Assembly: GCA_025786725.1 (NCBI GenBank)
Contig: JAHLTZ010000013.1
Coordinates: 1 to 64,000, forward strand
Source of the DNA: Syncephalis fuscata S228
Taxonomy: Eukaryota > Fungi > Zoopagomycota
Direction: 5' to 3'
Length of the DNA stretch: 64,000 bases
This document shows, piece after piece, positions 39,244-49,504 of the stretch (position 1 is its first letter; each line of letters opens with the position of its first letter). A program made the translations under genes and the position numbers. The notes under the pieces are model-generated. The model was not told where the DNA came from and searched no databases. It worked only from the letters and a program-made list of their open reading frames with translations.

Positions 39244-41550
39244 ATTTGCTATTGATGAAATGGTGATCCTATAACAATAGCGCTAACAATAGCAATAATA
39301 GTCGAGTAACTGCTATTATTACTGGTGTTGCTACTATTACTATTACCAGTTATATAACTTGCAATAAAATCTAAGTTCAACAATGATATCTATAAAATAA
39401 CAGCATTTAAATAGTGTAAAAGTTAGCCCATGTAGGACAAATAATATTAATAATGGCGGCAATGTATAAAATGAGTATTTGTTATGGCGCTCGGCCGATG
39501 ATCATGTATAAATATAAAATTTTAGTACTGTTATCAGCAAACGGAGCGGGGATTAAAGCTATAAATATATAGGAAAAAGCGAAAAGCGTACGGATGGTTT
39601 ATCCGTCAGAATCACATGGCACTCGATTCGTAGTTACAATAATTAATTGCATATAGAATGCCATGAACCTCAAGTATGCATATGTAAAAGATAAGATCCG
39701 ATAATATCCCCATATGTGCAAGCAGCGTGGTAAACAACTCCGTGCTACAGCTGCAGCCCTTCATAGCTACCAAACAGAAAAATAAACGGCGGTCAAAGTG
39801 CCGGTACTTACCAAGAAGGTAACTGAAAGGAATTCAACGCAAAAGCGAATGCTAGCAAATGGCCTATAAACAAAGCTGTTGGGTATATTCCTTGGATGCT
39901 AGCCAAAGCGCAGCTCGAGGTCAACCAAGCAAATACAAACGAATACGAGACGAGATTACTGAGAAACAAAGAGAAAGGACTGCGATACTGTAGACTAGCA
40001 GATATATTGACCGGGTGACTAAGCATGATGGTAAAATAGCGCCAATCACTTGCTATTTAGAGAGTGAGAACAACACTACAACATCTCCAGCCAGTCGTAC
40101 TACACCGCCGTGTAACAACAAGGATTTTAGAGAAATCCAGTCCGAAATTGATGCATGCAGTGTTGAACAAAAATAGATGTACAAGTATTGCCATCACCAT
40201 CACAGATATTTAGAATAATAAAGCCGAGAACTTACCGTTCTGGTTCTTGTTGTTTAATAAATTGGAAGGCTTGGTTTGGATAAACAATAATGCGAAATTT
40301 AGACGCACTGATATATACACATATATATATATGTATAGTAAAAGAGATAGTTCAAAAAGTCTGTACTAAATGATGAAAATAGCAAAACAGTCACTGCGAG
40401 GTAGTATTGGCGATAATAGCGCGTGTAGCAGATGCCCGATAAGTCATAGGCAATTTAAAGAGATGACTATTTCTAATGGGGCCTAATAAATCACTGAAAA
40501 GTAAATAGAAGGCAGCTAGATAGATGTTGCTAGATATAGATATAGATAGATGGTCAATTAAACAAGTAAGCGAGTAGATGAGTCAAAGTATACAAGTTTG
40601 CGGATAATCCGTCTAAAAGATCGTGTGCATGTGTATCAGATGATAGAGTGATGAAACATCAGTGGGATTTATGCAAAAAATATGGTATTATTCGTAGTTA
40701 CGGATCATCACGGATCTTGTTTCTTTCAATGAGATAGGTTACAAATGGATAGATATTATTGTGTGATGGCGGGGGTAAAATATGTCACAAGTGCCAATGC
40801 ATAGTAGAAACATGACTCACATTGAATTCTCGATACTATTTAGTTTGAACAAATGCGAAAAAGGCAATAATCACAGCAATTAAATGGGCCACTGAGAAAT
40901 GACGCAGTTATTGGTGTGTATGAGTCGATTATATGGGCGTGTGAGAAATGACTGTTCAGTTTACTGTTAGATTATATATAGAGTAAATAGCAAAGTATTC
41001 AAATACAGTAGTCTATTATTTTGCTGATTAAGCATTCTACTCGTTATAGCAAGTAGCGACGAGTGGATGATAAAGCTATCAGATAGAAAACTAAAAGTGA
41101 AATCGTGATAACGTATAGATACAATATTAGATTAAAAATGCACGTTTATAAGCTACTTTATTTAGTATTGATTGATTAGATTGATAGAAAATGCAATATT
41201 ATCGCCACTAATACCAATACTAATATGTAATTAGAATAGAATTAGAATAAATACGATTAAGTATTTAATTAACAGATGCTATTCTAAAATAAATACAAAG
41301 CAGTAATAATGGCAGTAATAGTGGCAAAAATAATAAGCTAGTAGGCTAACAACAAATATGCTTATTGAAGAATAAAATGCAGCGATTTAACTAAAAGATA
41401 ATAGTGCAATTAAAGACAAATAAATAAGAATAAATAAAAATATTGATATTTAAAGTATGGGTATTGTTTTATAATTATTATTTAACAGTCTCATTAAATA
41501 TCAAGTAATAAATGCTTTATTTGTTCATTTGTTCCGTTATTGACCAAAAG

Positions 41551-43112
41551 TTAACGCATTGTCACTAGTTCTTCCGAACTGGTTGGATGAATGGCAACGC
41601 AGGCGTCCAAATCACTCTTACGAGCGCCCATCTTTACTGCAACTGCAAAGCCTTGAAGGATTTCATCGCAGCCACGTCCTACCATATGAATGCCTACTAC
41701 ACGCTCATCATCGCCAACCGTTACCAGTTTAAATACTGTTGGTGGCTTGTGATCAGTCATAGCGTTATACATGTTGGTGAAGCGAGTGTTGTAAACTCGT
41801 ACACTAACATCGCCATACTTCTGACGTGCCTCAGTTTCGCTCAAGCCTACCGAACCAGACGGTGGATGGGAGAAAATGACACTTGGAATGTTCTCGTAGT
41901 CCAGACGAGCCGTTTTGAATTCCGGTGGTCCAAATAGACGATCAGATAGTTTACGACCAGCTGCGATAGCCACTATAATCAGCACGGTCAGCCTATTGTC
42001 GTGGTGTATGGATATCTTTGCACGCATGCTTTCATATCTACTTACCTGGTGTTAACTGGGCTACACCACATACATCGCCTAAAGCATAGATACCGTCAAC
42101 TTGTGTATTTTGATATTCATCGCTTTTGATATAGCCATGGCTGTCCGTATTAATGCCTACAGTGTCCAATCCAATAGTGTCGGAATTGGGTGCACGGCCA
42201 ATGGCCCAGACAAGTACATCAAAGGTGGCTTTTCCTTCTTTGCTATCGGATCCATCGCCTTGATCCACAGTATACTGCACCTCAAGACCGTCATCGGTCC
42301 GAACTACTTGCTTCAAATGCGAATGGGCAACATGTTTTATGCCGGTACGTGTCATTTCGCTTAGTACAGTTTCGCCAATGACCGAATCAAAGGCACGTAG
42401 AATATGGTCATAGCGAGTAAATAGAGAGACATCAGAACCTAACTCGTGGAAAATGCCGGCCAATTCAATGGCAATGTAGCCAGCACCAACAACTGCCACA
42501 CGTTTTGGCTGTGACTCCAATTCAAAAAATCCATCACTACTGATGCCCAATTCCGAGCCAGGAATGTCTGAAGGAATAATTGGACGGCCACCTATGTTAA
42601 TGCAAGTTAATTTATGTAGATTCATACTATTAGCTGATCAATTTACCAGTGGCAATAAGAATCTTGCTTGCTTCGAGATGAACAGCCTCGCTACCCTCGC
42701 CTACTTGCACGGTGGTTTTATTGATAAAACGAGCGTGGCCACTTACATACTCGACAGATTCTCGCTGCAAATTGTTGCTGTAGATGCCGTTCAAACGATG
42801 AATATAGGCATCTCGCTTGGTTTTGAGTGTATTCCACTCAATCTGCGGCACCGGAAGCTTTGAATTGCTATCGGCACCTGGAAGATGGAAACCATAGTCG
42901 GCAGCATCACGAAGTGCTTCTTGAACGGACGAGGCATTCCACATAACTTTCTTTGGCACACAACCAACGTTAACACAAGTGCCGCCTAAACGGCCACTTC
43001 CTTCGACGAGCGCAACGTTAGCACCATACTGGGCTGCACGTCGTGCGCAAGCTAAACCGCCAGAGCCACCACCAATAACAATAAAATCGTAGAGCTTTTT
43101 AATGGGCGACAT
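41551..43112 (-). CDS. GLR1: Glutathione reductase
   Basis: [12 protein letters not shown], redox motif [22 protein letters not shown]-terminal [12 protein letters not shown]; two short introns. Confidence 0.96.
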
Positions 43113-43424
43113 GGTGAAATAAGTGAAGCAGAACACTGAATGAGAAAAACAGGGCACGATATTTTTAAGATGACACCATTGACGACGTAGACACTATTTA
43201 ATGACACAGATGCGTTGCTGAGGTATTACTAATCCAAAAACGATCTATCATAACGATTTGAATAGTTGACGAGTTGATTGGATTAATTTGTGTTGAAATG
43301 ATAATTTACAATAAACATTAGTATAATGTAACAACATTATCATTTTCATAAAATATAATCAAATGTAATAGGACATTGTATTAATAATAATTTAAATATT
43401 TAAATAAACAATGTAACATACTAT

Positions 43425-44347
43425 TTTAACAACATCCAATCTATTGAACATGCTGATGGGTGGTGAGTGACATTAGTCATCAAATACTCATCATTGTAGA
43501 TTTATTATCTAGTACACATATAGCATCACAGTATGTGTTATTACTATATATGCCCGTCATTTTGCTTGATTAACATTAAAACCATAGCTAATTTCATATT
43601 CATATTATTGTTCTATCAATATAACTCAGTAAACAAACTAAGTGCAATAAGTCAATTTTTATTAATGAAAAAGCTGGAACCATACCGACAACGGTTATAG
43701 ACAGCGTATGGCCAATATATAATAAAATAATAAATATTGTAATGAATATGCAATATTAAACGAGAATAGCAACGTTAAAGTTATTGAACATATATGCATG
43801 AGCAGATGACCAACATTAGTCGAACCTTATTAATAACAGTGCTATAACAAAAAAAACAAGTGCAATAGATAGTACGTATTTATTATACAATAAAACAATA
43901 TACAATATAAAAAATACGGTATGAAATGACGATTAACTATGTTGAAGTCATTGAGTATATATGCATGCTTAAAGAGTGGAATTAGTCGACATTTGTTGAT
44001 AATAGTGCTAGAACAAAAATAAAAATAGCTTTGGATAGAGGAAGGCAAAGTGAGTATAGAATGCTATATAGAATGATAAATATACGGTAAGAAAGTATAA
44101 AATGGTGTTAAAGCTATAGCGTATATAACGCAATGAGGAGAATGAGTAAAGTATATTGGAGCATATAAACAATAGAACGTGTCTAATATAGCATAGCATG
44201 ATGTATAATAGTATGTGCTAGAATGGGAATGATATAGGTGAATATAGAATATATGCATACTGGATAATAAATCTACAATGACCAGTGTTTTGATGACTAA
44301 TGTCATTCACCACTCATCATCATATTCAATAGATTGAATGGTGTTAA
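43425..44347. repeat. MITE/foldback-like element with ~90-bp imperfect TIRs
   Basis: 43433-43520 (catccaatctattgaacatgctgatgggtggtgagtgacattagtcatc...) is the approximate reverse complement of 44252-44341. Confidence 0.75.
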
Positions 44348-46574
44348 ATTTAGTCAGTTTAAGCATAAATCATAATAAATGGCTAATAAATTTAAAGTTA
44401 AAAATGAAATAGTATATAGTATGTATATATTAATGCAACAACAACAACAACTGTGGAACGACGTGAAATCACAATTGTATGGCTTCTATTAATATTCGAT
44501 CAATCTTTCTATACATGACCAACAGCAACAATGATTGGCCTCAAATGTCTCAACAAAATCAAATAGTATGTCCCATTATTTGTTTAAATCAATTTATTAA
44601 CAATATTTTAATAGAAAGTAACATAACTATATTGCATATGATAACGACATGACTCTGATTGGAGTGAATTTGCTTTGAGAACTCAAAAACTGGGAGTCAG
44701 AATGAAATGCGGAATTTTGAAGCATTATTTACCATAGTAAATTACGATTTCAAATAAGCATAAATAAAACTATCAAGTCATCAATTCCTTTTATTATAAT
44801 TAGTACGAAATAAACATATTACAAATGATGTTGCTACATTCTCAAATGTAAAACAAAAGATGTACAAATAAAATTATTAAGTAGATATTTAATTATTTAA
44901 CATACACTAACAATTGTAATAGCTTAATAGATGCTATTATTTTTTATTAAAAGCTTGGTTTGCCTTTAATTTGCTAAAAAACGGCAATGTTACAACAACA
45001 GTAATAAAATGATGTAGCATTGACCAAGTAATCAAAAAAGAAAAATAAATAGTAGTTTAATTAAATATTTTGATATCAATTTAATAATAATACTATTAGT
45101 ATCAAATGACTTTAACTTATCACAATAACAAGTTAGCAGATTTATAACAAAAGTTGTAACTGTATAGATTTGATAATAAGCCAAAATAGATTGAATTATA
45201 AAAAGGCATTTTATTATTATTTGATTAATAGTATTGTGTATTTATAATATTATTGAATAAATACAAACTACTAATGAAGCAACTATCAAAATAAATAAAG
45301 TGTAATGCAAACAAAAACTGTTTAATTAATATTTTAGATTTAAATCTAACCAACAAATAAGATTAGATTGGTTTAGAGTATTTTGAATATCAGATATAGC
45401 AATTAAATAATTCCGAATTACATAAAAGTGTTATTGCTTTGATCAACTTAAATTAATTGGTTGGTGTATCAAGCAAGAGTGAAGATGTGCAAAATAAAAC
45501 CGTCAACATGGCATTTGTCATTGATAAACTAGAACAATCTACTTGTAACGTTCATTTTAAATGTCGCAGTAGTCGCTCCAATGTTTTAATTTAAAAGAGT
45601 CGTGGGACATGGCAAAAGAAGCTTAAGAGGGTGCTGTGACGGATCATTTAAACCACTTGATTTGTATCAAATCTTGTGATATTTTTATTAACTAAATAAA
45701 GATCACTTTTTCCACAATATTGAGCATGCTATTGGTTGTTTAGTGTGATTTGGCAGTTAAATAGCTATAATAGCCACACATTTAAACAAAATATCCGCTT
45801 TATTGAAGATGAAACCGGCTGTTGAGTGTCATTGGTTATTAAGCTATTTATTTATCATTATTGTTGTACTGTACATATCTGTCTTGTATACACATACTAT
45901 ATGTCTGTCTATATCATTAATATTGTAAATTGTAGAAATTATATTAATAAAAGCTAAAAGTTTATTGCTAGCTGTATTCTTTTAGCAGATCTTGATCCAT
46001 TTCGTTCATTGCTATTGGCTAATTGCATACAGTATAGTTTTGTTATTACTATTCACACATTTGACTTGTCTATTTATTTTGTTTTATAATATTGTATGCT
46101 TTATTGTCGTGTTTTATTAAAAAGCGTATTTATTCTAATTTCAGCATACTATTATTGGGCTATATGATAATGATAGCTTTACTACTATCCATACCAATCT
46201 ATGCCTATAGCTTAGGCGATATAATTATACACATTTTGTTATTAATTTAACTATTTGATTGATAATTGTCATTATTGAATGCAAATAGAACATGGTTATA
46301 GATATAGCAATTTGATTGTATATAGCTAAGATGGAACCATAGATTTATTACTATAAGTTTGCACAGTTGAATATGGGCAACTAGATGCAAACATGTTGGT
46401 AACATAATGATTCCATTGATTAAAGACTGGATAAACCGGAGCATTGGCCAAAACTTGATATATAAATAGACTGGGCGGCGTAATTGTCAAATGGTCTTGC
46501 TTTTCGCCGAATATATACCTAAAGTGTATTGGAATAGTGGCTTGATTTCACCACCAATGCTAATGTCCTTATGC

Positions 46575-49360
46575 TTATGGGTTATCTGCATTTATAAATA
46601 AAGATATTACATGTTATATAATTAGTGTATAAGCCATCAATATAAAATTTTACTTACGGTCTATTGGTATTATGTTATTGATACACATGGTGCATAACAT
46701 GTAATTAGTGAGTAATTAATCAATATGAAATGCTACTTACGGCCTATTGGTATTAAGTTATTGATACCCATAGTGCATAACATGCAATTAGTAAATAAAT
46801 AAATAATATACAATGCTAATTACATCCTATTAATATTGATTTGTTGATAAATACAATACATGGTATATAATTAGTATGTGTTCTATTGGTATGCAATATA
46901 ACCTACTGGCTATTGATGTTAAGTCATTGATAAGCACAATATATAGTATATAATTAGCGAGTAGTTAGTTGATATATGATATAACTTACTCCCTATTAAT
47001 ATTAAATTATTGATGAGCACAATACATAATATACAGTTAATGTATAGTTAGTTAATATACAATATCACTTACTGCCTATTAATATTAAACAATTGGTACA
47101 ATCAATAAATAGCATAGTTAATGTATAGTTAGTTAATATACAATACAACTTACAGACTATCAATATTAAATAATTGGTATTATCAGTAAATAGCATAGTT
47201 AATGTATAGTCAGTTAATATACAACATCACTTACGGTCTATTAGTATTAAATAATTGGTACAATCAGTAAATAGCATAGTTAATGTATAATCAGTTAATA
47301 TACAATATCACTTACAGTCTATTAATATTAAATTATTGATGAGCACAATACATGGTATATAATTAATGTATAGTTAGTTAATATACAATATCACGGGGAC
47401 GTTGCTAGCCCAGTTAGTAAGGCAGCGTCTCCCGAGCTGAAGGCTCCGGGTTCAAACCTCAGTTTGAATCAATCCTTAAGTGGAAAATCCCCCCAGTTTT
47501 TTCTAGTTAACAAATTGCAAACCAGAACCCAATAAGTAAGTCCGAAAACAAGACCTTGGCCAGAATAACCGAGGAAAACCCAATTGGGACCAACTTCAAG
47601 AGAATAGTGCTGTGTAGCACCATTTAAAGGAAGATGGCCCCTGTGTGAAATCTATATGGGCCAGATTTGCGAAACAACATGGCAGTCCACCCGTTAATTT
47701 GGGAAAGTCCAAATATAGTGGAAAGCAGCGCAAATTCTTTAATTATGCGCAGCAGGGGCTCACAAGCTCTTCAAAATAAAATAAAATAATATACAATATC
47801 ACTTACAGTCTATTAATATTAAATAATTAGTATTATCAGTAAATAGCATAGTTAATGTAGTTAGTTAATATACAATATCGCTTACCCACTATTAATATTA
47901 AATAATTAATATTATCAGTAAATAGCATGGTTAATATATAGTCAGTTAATACACAGTATCACTTACTGTCTATTAATATTAAATAATTGGTACAATCAGT
48001 AAATAGCAGTTAATATATAGTTAGTTAATATACAATACAACTTACTGTCTATTAATATCAAATAATTGGTATCATCAGTAAATAGCATAGTTAATATATA
48101 GTTAGTTAATACACAATATCACTTACTGTCTATTAATATTAAATAATTGGTATTATTAGTAAATAGCATAGTTAATGTATAGTCAGCTAATATAAAATAT
48201 CACTTACTGTCTATTAATATTAAATAATTGGTATTATTAGTAAATAGCATAGTTAATGTATAGTTAGTTAATATACAATACAACTTACAGACTATCAATA
48301 TTAAATAATTGGCATTATCAGTAAATAGCATAGTTAATGTATAGTTAGTTAATATACAATATCACTTACAGTCTATTAATATTAAATAATTGATACAATC
48401 AGTAAATAGCAGTTAATATATAGTTAGTTAATATACAATATCACTTACATTCTATTAATATTAAATAATTGATACAATCAGTAAATAGTATAGTTAATGT
48501 ATAGTTAGTTAATATACGATATCACTTACTGTCTATTATATCAAGTTGTTGATACGCACAATACATGGTATACAATTAATTTATAAGTCAGCAATATACA
48601 ATATTACTTACTATCTATTAGTATTAGGTTGTTGATATATATTATGCATAACACGTGGTTAGTACATAGTCCGCCAATATACAATGCTACTTACAGCCTA
48701 TTATTGTTAAGTTATTGATACACACAACGCATAATATATAATTAGTCAGTGTGCAATCAGTGTACAATATAACTTACATTGGTCTAATATCAAGCCATTG
48801 ATACATACAACACATAATATATAATTAGTTAATACTCAACTAATATACAATACAACTTACCCACTATGGCATCAAATTGTTGATGCACATAATACATGAT
48901 ATATGATTAATTTATAAGTTAGCATATACAATATCACTTACAGCCTATTGTTATTAAGTTGTTGATACACATAGTCCATAGCATGCAATTAGTGAGTAAT
49001 CAACCAATATACAATATAACTTACAGCCATCTAATATTAAGTTGTCAATGGATACAGTACATGACGTATAATTAGTGTATGCTTTATTGGTATATAATAG
49101 AACTTACAAACTATTGGTATTAAGTTGTTGATGAACACAGCGAATGACATGCAATTAGTGAGTCATTAGTTAATATACGATACAACTTACTATCTAATAG
49201 TATCATTAGTTAGCAATACTATTAATAAGCAGATACTATGGCATATTTATTGTTATTGCAACATACCACGACGAACTAAGGCTGGTTTAGCATCCACGAT
49301 GGCTGTACTGGCCACAAGAGCCACGACAATGGTGCAAACGGCGGCAATGGAAAGCTTCAT
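46575..49360 (-). CDS. Micro-exon gene (29 coding exons) encoding a secreted CxxxC...CxxxC peptide precursor of 63 aa
   Basis: Exon 1 is 49360-49267. Micro-exons (low coordinate, minus-strand sequence): 49191 ATA, 49108 TTT, 49025 ATGGCT, 48942 GCT, 48861 TGG, 48778 ACCAAT, 48695 GCT, 48612 ATA, 48530 ACA, 48449 AAT, 48370 ACT, 48289 TCT, 48208 ACA, 48127 ACA, 48046 ACA, 47967 ACA, 47886 TGG, 47807 ACT, 47316 ACT, 47235 ACC, 47154 TCT, 47073 GCA, 46990 GGA, 46907 CCA, 46824 GAT, 46741 GCC, 46658 ACC. Last coding exon 46585-46575 follows CAG and ends in TAA. Total CDS 192 nt with no internal stop. Confidence 0.85.
46586..49190. repeat. Tandem array of ~79-83 bp units, each one intron plus one micro-exon
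   Basis: The plus-strand motif acttac-NNN-cta recurs every 79-83 bp, with one 491-bp spacing explained by the SINE insertion. Confidence 0.95.
47395..47786 (+). mobile_element. tRNA-derived SINE (~392 bp) with a 16-bp target-site duplication
   Basis: GC-rich island; A-box-like TAGCCCAGTTAG (47406), B-box GGTTCAAACC (47449), (TAAAA)n tail; TSD taatatacaatatcac at 47379-47394 and 47787-47802. Confidence 0.85.
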
Positions 49361-49496
49361 GATAATATTGAATTGTTAAGACAAACAAAAAAAGAGATAG
49401 TAGAGTTTAGTTGGTATAAAGTGAAGAGCAGTGCGTGTATAGCAAGAAGTAGAGTGTGATAATGATATCGTAGTTGGTTGTGTATATTTTGTGGGC

Positions 49497-49504
49497 TATT
49501 TATA
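49497..49504 (-). promoter_or_regulatory. Candidate TATA box of the micro-exon gene
   Basis: TATAAATA about 140 nt upstream of ATG 49360; shared with the paralog. Confidence 0.5.

Noticed and set aside
43842-44306. Y/I/F-rich ORFs, also at 607-897 and 63247-63711
   Set aside because: Chance ORFs within AT-rich repeat copies; their recurrence reflects DNA duplication.
47395-47475. Functional tRNA gene
   Set aside because: A and B boxes are present, but I cannot form an acceptor stem, and it is the head of a TSD-flanked element with an A-rich tail.
46586-49190. CRISPR-like or plain satellite array
   Set aside because: Eukaryotic context, no cas genes, and the variable parts are only 3-6 nt and are flanked by spliceosomal signals; the micro-exon model explains them better.
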